From Amphiscolops sp. MND2022 (taxonomy: Eukaryota), in contig OZ076409.1 in the NCBI GenBank assembly GCA_964187785.1, forward strand, positions 95,110,001-95,174,000: DNA of 64,000 nucleotides. Reading direction: 5' to 3'. Under the pieces are notes generated by a model. It saw only the letters and a list, made by a program, of their open reading frames with translations. It had not been told where the DNA came from and did not search any database. The position numbers and the translations under genes are program-made. This document shows positions 23,475 through 35,448 of the stretch, piece after piece (positions within the stretch are counted from its first letter, which is position 1; every line of letters begins with the position of its first letter).

Positions 23475-26400
23475 TCATGGTTTCACCTTCAAGAGGCTCA
23501 AATAGACAGGTCCAAAATTTCGTTCATAAGTGGGATAAATGAAGATACCGAAATCCCCACAATGGACATTGACTAGTTTCTTCAAAGGATCCAACATACG
23601 CGCTGAAACAAATCCTCAAATTTAGAAACAATATCACACCACAGAAAATTGATATAGTGGCGTAAGTATTCCGAAAAACTTTAGGAATTTCTTTTGCTGT
23701 CTACCGATTTAGTTACAAGACTAAGTAAAATGTTGATACGAAAAAAAGGGAAAATTCGAGACGTACGCTTCCCGCATGTAAACTGGTCCAGTCTCGAACC
23801 CATGCAATAGAACCAGTCTCCCCGCCACTCAAGTAACCAGAAAAACTTAAAAATGTTGGAAAAAAATTTGGACGTCTGAAAAAGGATTCAGAACATGTTC
23901 AAGACATTTCAAAGTTTCATAGAAAAACATCGACAAAAACTATAAACATATTTCACATATTATCAGTATAAGTATCCGTGCTGTCTGGAATTTACATTAA
24001 CACAAAGCAGTCCTGAACAACTCTTCATCAATAATAATGCAAGGATGTTCGGCCCAAAGTTGAAATTCAGAGCATACTTAGCAGACTACCAACTTAGTTG
24101 AACGAGGTTGCATCGAAGATTTTCTTGTGCTCGCTCCTGTGAAATGTTGAATGTCTGACAGCATTCCTTCACAATGGTGTCTCCGTGCGAAGGACAAAGA
24201 GATCTGAGACAATAGACCACTGAGGCGTTGGGTTTGGCCGCTAACAGAGCCATCGAGAGAAAACTGAAACAAACAAGTCGATTCAAATTGCCTACTAGAT
24301 TAAATCGCCAAGATTGTAATAGAATTGTTCCAAACTACTACAATATCAGTTCAATGGTTGAATTCGAAGTGAACACAAATTGAACTTCGTTAAGACGAGG
24401 AATTTATTATTTAGGATTGCACTTAAGTGTGGAACTCGTCGCTTTGATCATTACACTATATACTCGACGGCGATACTTACTGTTCTTACTGAAATTAAGG
24501 AAAAGAAGCATGGTGTGAGGGCATTTCATCCTTAGCAACTTCCACCGTTGCCATTTCAACCGTTGACAATTTCAATTATACAGAAGACAATTTTCAACTA
24601 CTACTCATAATCAAACCTTCCGCTGTTATGTAATTATTATAAGTAGTTTCAGTTTTATATATTTCACATGTGCTAATTCTTTCGCCAGTTGATTCGTTCT
24701 GGCTTCATGAATAATTACCAATAACCAGGCATGGCAGCTAATCACGCAAATTTTTTGCATGATTCACGCTGAAAATGTCACGCTAAGAAGACGAAAATCA
24801 CGCCAAATTCACGATTTTTCACACTATAACACGAAAAAACACGTGATTTTTTTCATTACTTCAATTCAATAAGAAAGAAATAACCTACAGATATTGAGAT
24901 TTTTCAATGATTTTGCATCAAGTCTTCGACTATCTTCTGACAGAATTTTCTTCAAGTTTAAGATCGATATAAAATTATTTGTAACAGCGTTTAAATTGTC
25001 TCAATTACGTGCAACTGACAAAGGAGTTTCAGATATTTTCTTTCAAACGACGTTGAATTTCACGTCACAAGTTGGTAAAATCAATCAATTACATGATATT
25101 TCACGGCGCAATTTGATTGAATAAAATTCATGGAATTACACGAATTTACACGTCATGATTAACTACCATGCCTGCCAATAACTAGAGCACTTTGATTTAT
25201 TACCAACTATTGTACTGAAATAATAACTAAAACGAATAAGGAGTAATTAGCCAATATTAGTATATGTCGAAACTGCGAAAGGTTGAAAATGCAATAGGTT
25301 GAAATAGCAACGATTGAGATTGCATAGGACGAAACGCCATGTAACGAAGAAACATTTTATACAAACTACAGCGAATATATCAGCGACAAAAAAACTTCGA
25401 AATTGCACAAAAAGGTTTTTGACAAAACAATTTCAACCAGCTGCTTCCAGGTGCATTCAATCATTTTCATCCAAATTTCAATGCCGAAAATCTCGATCTG
25501 CAAAACGTGAAAAACTTGTTGATTATATTCCACCTCAAATCAATGCCGCAAAAAGACATACACCAAAAAATTGAGCAATATTAGTGTAGCGTAGGGCACA
25601 CTATTTATTTAGGCGTAGGGCGCCCTTTCGGTATTCATGTGAAAAAACATGAATTGATTTTTTAAAAAAGGCCCCTCCGGGGCGCATTACTATTTCTGCT
25701 TTAATCTTTCAATTATATTATTACACTGCTTTGTTTTAAAACAAAGATACACTGTTAATTCAATATTTAGCGCACAATTAATCACTGTACAACTTTACAC
25801 CGCCTTTAATTCTTCTCGGACTAAGGAAAATATAACTACTAAGCGTAGACGAAGTTTCGCATTCGCATTTGAATGCAGGCGAAGCTCTCCGAGAACGAAT
25901 AATTAACACTCATTCGCTTCATCTCAATGACGTCAGCGTACGAATCCATCGCACGAGTATTGAAATGTCGTCGGCAGCTTAAGAAATTTAATTCTCACGC
26001 TTACAGTCACTGATGTAAGGTCACTTTTTTTCTCAAAAGTGTCCCCAATTCACCAATACTTTGACATTTTGAAGTCATTTTGCTATTTTTGAGCTTTAGA
26101 TATGGCGCCGACTTGGGCCGTTCCCGGCTTGTTTTCGAGTTTCAATTTGTACTAACAAGGTTATCAGCGAGGTACATTTAAAACCAGAGCCGCATATGCG
26201 GTAAAGGAGTCGGCTTAAGTCTTTTTCCTTCTGACTCGCGTTCGTTCGAATCGTATGAACAGTTTGTGAGAAAATCGAAAAAATCGAAAGATGACTGTTT
26301 TTTTGGCCATTTTTGGGCTAAATTTGGCTATGTTTCTCACATCTCAGCCATACGAATTTAATGAAATTGCACATAAAGGACAATAATATGGTGTAGAATG

Positions 26401-29400
26401 ACTGTAGAAAATTTTGTTCGAATCGTATGGACAGTTTTTGAGAAAATCGAAAAAATCGAAAAATGACTGTTTTTTGGCCATTTTTGGGCTAATTTTGGCT
26501 ATGTTTCTCACATCCCAGCCATACGATTTTGATGCCACTGCACATATAGGACTCTAATATAGTGTAGAATGACTGTAGAAAATTTCGTTCGAATCGTATG
26601 GACAGTTTTTGAGAAAATCGAAAAAAGTCGAAAAATGGCTGTTTTTTGGCCATTTTTGGGCTAATTTTGGCTATGTTTCTCACATCCCAGCCATACGATT
26701 TTGATGCCATTGCACATATAGGACTCTAATATGGTGTAGAATAACTGTAGAAAATTTCGTTCGAATCGTATGGACAGTTTTTGAGAAAATCGAAAAAAGT
26801 CGAAAAATGGCTGTTTTTTGGCCATTTTTGGGCTAATTTTGGCTATGTTTCTCACATCCAGGCCATACGATTTTGATGCCTTTGCACACGCAGGGGCCCC
26901 TTTGGGTGTAGAATGACTGTGCAAAATTTTGTGAAAATCGTATGGACAGTTTTTGAGAAATTTGAAATTTTCATGAAAAGGTCGGGAGAAAAAAAAACAA
27001 AAAAAAAACAGCACGATTGCATAAGTAGTCGAAAATTTTTTCCGACTCCTAAAAAGGTTTCACCTTTTTACAAGTAAACAAGCCGGGACCGGCCCAAGTC
27101 GGCGCCATATCTAAGGCTCAAAAATAGCAAAAGGACTTCAATATGTCAAAGTATTGGTGAGTTGGGGACCCTTTTATGAAAAAAAAATTTGGAAAAGTCT
27201 CACAATGCCGTAAAAACTGAAAGGGAGGACCCTTTGAGGGTTTTCAACATCCATTTTGTCGCAAAACAGCAAAAAAATGAAGGGGACCCTTTGGGGAAAA
27301 AAGTCTCACAATGCCGAAAAAAACTGAAAGGGGGGACCCTTTGGTCTCGCCCAGTATGGTATGTTACGCGGGAAAACAGGAAAAACCTTTTTGGTTCAGT
27401 TCGCTAGGCCAAATGGTGCAATATTATTTTGTAGAACTATTTTGGTCAGTTCAGGTGGTCTTAAAAAAACACTGACGAAAAGCCATGACTATAGTCGACT
27501 CTTTTCTAAAGAAAAGCGCCGATTAAAAAAGGCGATAAGAAATAACGTCTATCGCGGGAAAAGACATGGTAAGTCAAATAAATTGAAGAATTTAAAAAGA
27601 AATGAACCTTTTTTGGAGAGTGGAAAGTTGATTGAGTCGGATCACATTGCGATTGTGGAAGGAGTTGTTTGAGGAGAAATCCACAAGAGCACTTCTGTCA
27701 TTCAAGTAGGGGACACTGACAACAACTAAACAAAAAGAAATAGAATCATCCATCCACCCACCATCACAAAACAGCAACTTCGTAATCAGTCGAAACGATT
27801 GACGGTCAAAATTTTTCATTTTAAAAATCCAACAATTTGAAAAATTTTCACGATTTAAAAAAACCGAGGACATGCAACATCCAGTCAATAGATGAAACGT
27901 AGGTCTATTACATTGGGTATTTTGATGCTGCGCGTTGATTTCATCCCACATTCATTTTGATTAGGGTAGCATTTCGAATAAGATTCTCATGCTACTCATT
28001 TTGGCTTCTGGTGTTTCACCTGACACTCCTGTTCAAATCACAATTTCATGCACGCGACAGAATTGCACCCGGATCCAACGCAACATGGAAGTCCATGCGA
28101 TTGTATACAAGGAACTTATTTGCTTCCATACAATAATTGCCTGTCGTTCCCATAAACGGAACCCGTATGCAACAAAATAGTTTCATGCGTGGAATTGTAT
28201 GGAAACCTCATGAATTTCTCTAACTTTGGGATCTCTTTCACTATGTCCCCCTCCCCCCATAGCAAAAAGGGAGGACAAAGTGAAACACTTTCAAATACAT
28301 GTATGAAGTGAATCTAGGAAAACTCGTCGAAAAGCAACTCGCCGAAAATGCTCCGACGGAAAACTCGTCGCCAGAACAGAAAATAATCTCAGACAAATAT
28401 AGCGCTAACTTAGTCATCGTACTGTGGTACCAAGTTCTAACTTAATATGAAGTATTACACTGTAAACTATAAAAGTGAAATATTTCATGCAATTATATAA
28501 CTAAAAAGGCTATATTATGCGTAAAACTGAAAATTTCACGCATCAATTAAGGAAAATTAATCTATAATTAACACTGGATATTACCTGTGTGTAATCTGTA
28601 ATTATTCGACGAGTTTGCACTCTATTATTATTCGACGATTTTTCCGCACTTTAATTTCGACGAGTTGTATTCGGAGAGTTGTTTTCGACGAGTTTTCTGC
28701 ATACCGTATGAAGTATCAACGCTTCTGATTGGCTAAGTGGAGATTTGCAAATGAAAACGAATACAAGGGGGACATAGTGAAAGAGATCCATCAAAGTTTT
28801 GTTTCCAAATCTTAAACCAAACATTTGGTCCGCGATCGAAAAAGAACAAACTGGAAAATTACTTTTATCGAAGGCTTGTCTGAACAATCCGCTCTCGTAA
28901 TCGAACGTGTCAAAGTCTTTGAAAAGCATGGGTCTCTTTTGTTCATCGTGACAATGATTTTCGTCATCGAGAGAAAGAATGCTTCTAATCCCATTTCGGC
29001 GTTGATTGTGCGAAGAGTAAGAACTGTCCGAGACTAGAGACCCAAACGAAAGCTGTGGGTTAAGCACACGGGCAAGAGCCACAAACCTTGCATCGGCACT
29101 GTTCAAATCCAACACGTTGTCGCCCTGCAATTTATGGAAAAGCCTTTATTATCCTCAGGGTAACATGCCTTGTTGTAAACGCGTTACAAACGTTTTAAAC
29201 ATGAAAAAAACCTTCATTTTGTTAAATTGTTTTTATTTCAGTTATAGATATTTTCAAGTTCCTAAAATCGCGGTACGTAATCTTGGGTAATTTGGCGGAA
29301 GACATCAAGAAAATTGCCGATGCGCTTCGGGTTTTTATTCGAAGTTCGGCAGGCTTGGAACCAATTTTCAGCACCCCGGGCTTCGTCCACAATCAAACAC

Positions 29401-32400
29401 GGAATCGACTCTAAATTGAGAAAGCCAACGAACTTTCTTCCTGTATTCGCATACTGCCGTGAACTCAGTTTTAGGTCGTTGAGTGACAGACATTTATGTG
29501 ATAGCTCTAGAGTTTTGAACATGTTTTAAACAAAATTTCTTCCGAACCCTGATTATCCTAGAACTGCAAGGACAAGCAACTAAGCGAGGATTCACACACA
29601 TTGTTCCATTTGTGTATTTTGGGCAGTGTTTTGACTCGCTAATGAAAGTTCGCTGATCGCTAACCTCGCTTTTTGGATGTGCGCTTTTCGCTCATTCCGC
29701 TCTTCTGAAATACAGCGAGCCACTTAGCGGTCGCTAATGAAACAAGACGCCCGCGGACCAGCGGGATATTTTCCGCCCCAAATCTCTTCGAAAAATACTA
29801 CTGGACAACAAATTTGTTCCTTGTTGACTCTTTCCAACATTCCAATCTACGAAGTCTGTCGAAAATTTGACAAAAATTGCATAAAAACTTTGAAATTTGG
29901 AAAATTTTGGGTTTTTTGTCATTTTCGGTTTGAATTTGATATATTTTTCATTTAGAAAACAGCCATTATCTCTTCGGAAAAGCATACTGGACAACGAATT
30001 CCTGCCATTCTTGTCACGTTGAGCGTTTTCAACATTTTAATCCACGAAGTCTATCGAAAATTTGACAAAAATTGCATAAAAACGTTAAAAATCGAAAAAT
30101 TTTGGAATTTTTTAAATCATTTTTGGGGTAATTTTTTTGAAAAAACGCATTTATCTCCTTAGAGAATACTATTGGACAACGAATTCGTGCCTTGTTGAAC
30201 GTTTTCAACATTCTAATCCACGATGTTTATCGAAAAAATGACAAAAATTGCATTAAAACGTTAAAAGTCAAAAAAATTTGGAATTTTTGTCATTTTTTTG
30301 GTAATTTTTCTTTTAAAAAACCGCATGTATCTCTTCAGAATACTATTGGACAACAAATTCGTGCCTTGTTGAACGTTTTCAACATTCTAATCGACGATGT
30401 TTATTGAAAAAATGGCAAAAAATGCACGAAAACGGTGAAAATTGGGAAAGTTTTGAATTTTTGTCATTTTCGGGGTCATTTTTGGGTCATTATGGGGTCA
30501 TTTCCGTCATTCCCAAAAAAGTCCAAAAATCTTTACAAATACATATCGCATGGAACTAAATTGATGTCAGTTGAATTCTGTGAATGTACTTCTTCATATT
30601 ACGTAAACAATATTTCTTGGCAAATTTTGAAAAAAAACCCGTTTGATTTAAATATTTTCCTTTCCCATATGAAATATGGGCGGAAAATAAAAAGTGTTTC
30701 AGGAGATTTGATGTCATTGAAATTTTAAAAATTGATTTTCAGATGTAACGAACAATTGTCTTGAGATGCAGTCTATTTCGTTAGGCAGTCAGAATATTCC
30801 GCTTGCCGAGAAAGGTTTTTTGACTGTGGTATGATACTACCACAGTCAAAAAACCTTTCTCGGCAAGCGGAATGCCGAAAGTATTCTCAAAACCAATTTT
30901 TGGCCTAATGGAGACAATTTTGTATACTTTGCAATCTTTAAATTCGAATGGCGCTAAGCGGCCGCTACATTTAATTTGCGGGTCGCTTATCCAGTACCGC
31001 TAAATTTAAGCATCGCTTCCGCTTAGCAATTCGCAAACGCTGTTAGCGGGCCAATTCACTGATTTTGAGTGTAAAATTAGACCACGGAAGTTTTAGGGAA
31101 AAAACTCCGGCTAAGAATTTCCGTTGTCAATTTCCCACAACAAATATGGGGGCAGCTTTTGCTGAAAATCAAAAATACATCGTCTGAAACATGGCTTATT
31201 ACCAGAACTGCCAATAAGTTTCATGCCCCACTTCATGCGGGGAAAAAGGTTGTGTGAAGTTCTAACGGATTTCAGATCGAGCAGACAAGTTGCGAGAACG
31301 TCTGTTATAGAAACTTGGAACGCATCAGAGTCTTTACTACTAGTCTTCAGTTTTTTAAGCCATTCTTCCACTGTAGAAACAATCTTTTGCTCACAGCTAC
31401 TTTCGAGGGTGTCCGAAAAGTGTAACAGGGGCCACTCGTTTTCGGGGGCTTCCACTGAAACAACAATCAGGGTTGGCTTTTTATCGGATCAACATGATAA
31501 CCAAGATTAAATTGATTTTAAAAAAGAATACACAAAACCGAACATTTTTCAGAAACAAACTCAAAAGTTGGATCTGGAAACACTTTTAAGGTTTTTTCAA
31601 CTAATGAACCGAGTCTAAAGTAATGAGAATGCATTCCGATTATACAGTGCTCAGAACGACAAGTCCGAACTATTGATTCATCTATCAAATAACTCATGCA
31701 CATCAAAAAAGCTGCTTATTTTGGCCGATTTCAATGAACCATGCATGATTAGAATGTTCATATCAAGTTGATTAACGAGAATTAAACTAGCTCAAGACTT
31801 GTAACAGCCAGTCAAAATTTGCTAACAAAAGGAGTCGATAAATCGGTCTTAAAAAGATCACATTTAGGGCTTCTGTAACATTTCAGCTAACGCAGAAATA
31901 TTAATCATTAAATTATAATCAACCAACGCTGGCAACAAGGTCTGAATCTTATGAGAAACGGGCTAAGGTCCTTATCACATCTTGTGCAATTCTAAGGGGT
32001 ATTGGAGCTCGCAACGACAGCAATTACGACTCGATCGTGGATACTTTTGTAAGCACAGTAAAATTTATGAATATAACTATCGGTGCTCATTTCGTGCTAT
32101 TCTTGCTTGCTAAATCTAGTTCAGCTGACCTTAACCTAGCGAAGTTTATACAGAATCACTTGCAGATCCAAATGGACATCGACATAAGTATGCGGATTGG
32201 GCTCTTTTCTGCCCCCCCCCCCCACCACCAATTTTTTTTTGGAAAATTAGTGCAAATTTCATAACAAATAGACTTGAATACAAACCAGAAAGCTTCAGTT
32301 TTAAAATATTCTCAGGTTGTAGCTTAGGATTTAGATACAAACTTCGTTCACACTTTTTCCCTATGTAGTTACGCATTTTTGATGAAGAAATCAACAGCTT

Positions 32401-33520
32401 CCTGCTTTGAGTCACCAATAAACACTTAATACGAACACAATCATAGTAAAAACATGTGAACAATGTTTTGTTCAAGCGGAAAACTACTGTAATAGAAGTT
32501 AACTTCCTGTTATGATAGGTTTTACTTTTAATTAGGCTAGTCTAAAGTTTTTAAGGAAAGTTATTTCAAAAATTTTGGTGGTTGGGGAAAACAGAAAAGA
32601 GCCGCGGATTGTTTCATTTCCTTCAGTTTCAACTTTTATTTTCGCTCATTAAACAACTAATTCACCATTTCTCTGCACTTCCGATTAAGAGTCTGGGTTT
32701 CGATTCTCAAAGGGAGTCCGACCAAAAGTCCGCTAACATTAAAAAGGGGGTGCAAATCAGAGGGGTTCTAAAAACTTTCCCTGGTAACCTTAACTCCGCA
32801 CGTGCTCTAAGAAAATGTTGAAAAACTATAGTCCACAAACTAGGAATTCTATTGATTTTTAGATTTCGAAAAAATGAATAGTATATAATGAAAGAATGAA
32901 CTGCATGATATTTTCCTAACGAAATAATCGTGTAACTTCATGAGACACCGTTTTATCCTCTTAAAAAAATTTATAATTTCAGAAGTCATAAAGCGACCAA
33001 CTGTTTTTTTGGGATTTTAGTGACGTGTAAGCTTCGATGTCGAAGAAGATGTTTTCATCGTAAAACTGTCCGTGACGAGTTGTTTCATCGTCCAATTTCA
33101 TCAACTCCCATTGTCTTTGAGAACGTTGCTTGGATACTGAAGGTACTGCTCGTTTGTGTAACGCATGATCCTGAGAATGATTCCAAATTATTCAGTAACA
33201 TTTATCCAATAACCTTCTTGAAAGATTCACACAACAAAACACACTTGTTGCAGTTTTGTTTTCAGCTGCGATAATTCCCCGAAAACATTTCCTCCCAAGC
33301 TAGAATCCAGTGCTTTTTTCCTTCCAACAGATCTGTGGTCCAGAGAAGGCAATGATGACAAAGGTATTAAATTTTCGGGTTCCTGAAGTGCGCTTCGAAT
33401 GAGGGGCCATTTCTGTCCAAAATAAGTGCCATACACTTTGGATAAATAAATATCTGCTTGTTTGAACACTCGGCTAGACACCCGTTTGAGCTGATAAGCT
33501 TTCTTCAGTGACTCACCCAT
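23475..33520 (-). CDS. NSUN4-like: NSUN4/NSUN3-like m5C RNA methyltransferase-fold protein with substituted catalytic motifs; exons 33520-33245, possibly 33136-33106, 31454-31267, 29124-28863, 27725-27608, 24263-24094, 23602-23475
   Basis: N-terminal Y...FG.KWPLIRSAL; LLDLKS|GDNVLDL; AFDK|IVVSVPYLNDR...NNSF; LQK|SFLSMALLAAKPNASVVYCLRSL; C-terminal NFGPVY. The last five exons join by GT-AG in consistent phases (0,1,2,1), with AATAAA about 35 nt after the stop. The first junction and the start (33520 vs 33706) are uncertain. Confidence 0.8.
24726..25174. mobile_element. hAT-type MITE with 8-bp TSD
   Basis: TIR CAGGCATGG(C/T)AG(C/T)TAATCA; CCAATAAC duplicated at 24718-24725 and 25175-25182. Confidence 0.88.
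26183..27051 (-). mobile_element. HINE-like family B with a central ~172-bp tandem array (about 4 copies)
   Basis: ACCAG + hairpin CCGCATATGCGG + AGGAGTCGG; far end AGTCGAAAATTTTTTCCGACTCCT. The unit marker gccatacga recurs at about 26348, 26518, 26690 and 26862. A related end fragment lies at about 9310-9400. Confidence 0.7.
27078..27526 (-). mobile_element. HINE-like family A copy
   Basis: acaagccgggaccggcccaagtcggcgcc ... cttttctaaagaaaagcgccga. Confidence 0.75.
29742..30690 (-). mobile_element. HINE-like family C with a central ~178-bp tandem array, nested in a CAGTG-terminated MITE-like element (about 29623-31060)
   Basis: ACAAG + hairpin CCCGC-GGACCA-GCGGG + TATTTTCCGCCC; the far-end hairpin finishes in the inverted GGGCGGAAAATA. 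About 4 copies of atactattggacaacgaattcgtgcc. Confidence 0.7.
30796..30873. repeat. Perfect 36-bp inverted repeat with a 6-nt loop
   Basis: ATTCCGCTTGCCGAGAAAGGTTTTTTGACTGTGGTA, then TGATAC, then the exact reverse complement. Confidence 0.95.
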
Positions 33521-33804
33521 CGCATTGAGAGTCTGAAGACACCAGTAAAAAACGTCAAAAGTTAAATTAAAAAGCTCCAAGCTCTCAAGTTTCTTTGTAT
33601 AGATAGGTTTGTAACGACAGAATTTTCCAGATGGGCTCTGTTCGTTGGAACTCAACCGGAAACGGTGTGCGAGCGTTGGGAAAAAATCGAAAGATAAAAA
33701 GCTCATATCAATGCCCCATATCGTTCAATGGTTTAATTGATTTAAGGGTGGTGTATATCTTAGCTATATGTTGATTCGCCTTCACGCAATCCCTTCAGAT
33801 ACAA

Positions 33805-35448
33805 TCAAGACGGGAGCGTCCAAAGTCGGGCACTATATCTAATGCTCAAAAAGTGCAACGTTTTTAAAATTGCAACAAAAAGTGCAACGTAAAAAAAGGG
33901 ACCCTTTGGGCTTTTTGGAAATCCAGTTCGTTGCAAAATATCGAAAGAAATTGAAGGGAGACATTTAAAAAATTATCGAAAACAAAAACAGAATTTTGAA
34001 CAGTCTCATAGTGCCGAAAATCTGAAACGGGGGCCCTTTGGGATTTTTTAACATCCATTCTGTTGCAAAATAACAAAAAATGAAGGGGGGCCCTTTGGAG
34101 ACATTAAACAATTTTCGGAAAAGTCTCAAAGCCGAAAAAGTGGGCGGGGAAAGTCGCATAGTGCCAAAAAATCGGAAATGGGGACCCTTCTGATTTGCCA
34201 TGAGAAGCGGCTTTTTCATGTTAGAGGCTTTGGATGCGTTCAAAATCAAACACTAAGTAAAAGTGCACAGTGCACAAAAAGTGGTAATTACAGAGTGAGG
34301 TCTGTGGTCTCACGAAAAAAAACTAACCACTGTAATAGTCGGGCACTTTTCACTAGAAAATTCTGTTCACTCGAATGGACAGCGCAGCTTTGGTAAAAAA
34401 ACAGTTCAAACGTTGTCCATCAAGATGGACAAGCTGTGTTTCTTCACTCGAAGGGGCTATCACTTCCGCTACAATGATTATCAGTGAATCTTACGCAACA
34501 AGGCTTGTAAAACAAAAAAAATAAATTTTCGTCTGAAAAATCATGGCCAATAAAGGGTATAACAAGACGAGAACGTCTAAAGTCGGCGCCATATCTAAGG
34601 CTCAAAAAGCGCAAAAGACTTTTTTTGAAAAAAAAAAACTTAAATATTTTTTTTTCGAAATTTTACCGAATTTTTTTTTCGAAAAACCAAAAAATGGACT
34701 GAGTGGCGCGCCGGGGCCCGCTAGCGCGAGCCCCTGGCGCACTAAATGAGGGACACTTCCGAAATTGTCAACATTTTTGTTGCAGTTGAAGGAGGAACCC
34801 TTTGGAGAAAAAACAAATTTTCGAAAAAAAGTCTCACAATGCCGAAAAACTGAAAGGGGGAACCCTTCGGGATTTTTAAACACCCGTGTTGTAAAATATC
34901 AAAGAAATTGAAGGGGGACCCTTTGGAGAGAAAATAATTTTCGGGAAAAATATCACAGTGCCGAAAAAAACTGAAAGGAGGGACCTTTTGGGGTTTTTCA
35001 CCATCCATTCAGTCGCAAAACATCAAAAAATTGAATGGATGAAATTTTTTATTTTCGAAAAAAAATCTCACAGTGCCGAAAAAAACTGAAAGGGGGGACC
35101 CTTTGGAATTTTCCAACATCCATTTTGTCGCAAAACAGCAAAAAATTGAAGGGGGGACCCTTTGGAGACAAAAAAAAATTTCGAAAAAAAAGTCGCACAG
35201 TGCCGAAAAAAACTCAAAGGGGGGACCCTATTGTCTCGTCAGGTTTTGTATCTTACGATAAAAATGGAGTAACTGAAAGGGGGGACCCTTTGCACTATCT
35301 TAAATACGCTCCCCGATCCAGTACTTTAGTTTAGTAGTTCTGTTCTGTAAAAAGTGTCCACTACGCATACATTCTGTTATCTGACGAAAAAAAAAAACTA
35401 GCCACTGTAATAGTCGGGCTCATTTTCTTCTAAAATGCGCCGACTAAA
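33805..35448 (-). mobile_element. Two adjacent HINE-like family A copies (about 33805-34360 and 34562-35448)
   Basis: caagacgggagcgtccaaagtcggg and acaagacgagaacgtctaaagtcggcgcc starts; the second ends aaaatgcgccgactaaaa. Confidence 0.7.

Noticed and set aside
26240..26960. CRISPR-like array
   Set aside because: The units are whole ~172-bp tandem copies with no unique spacers; eukaryotic context and no cas genes.
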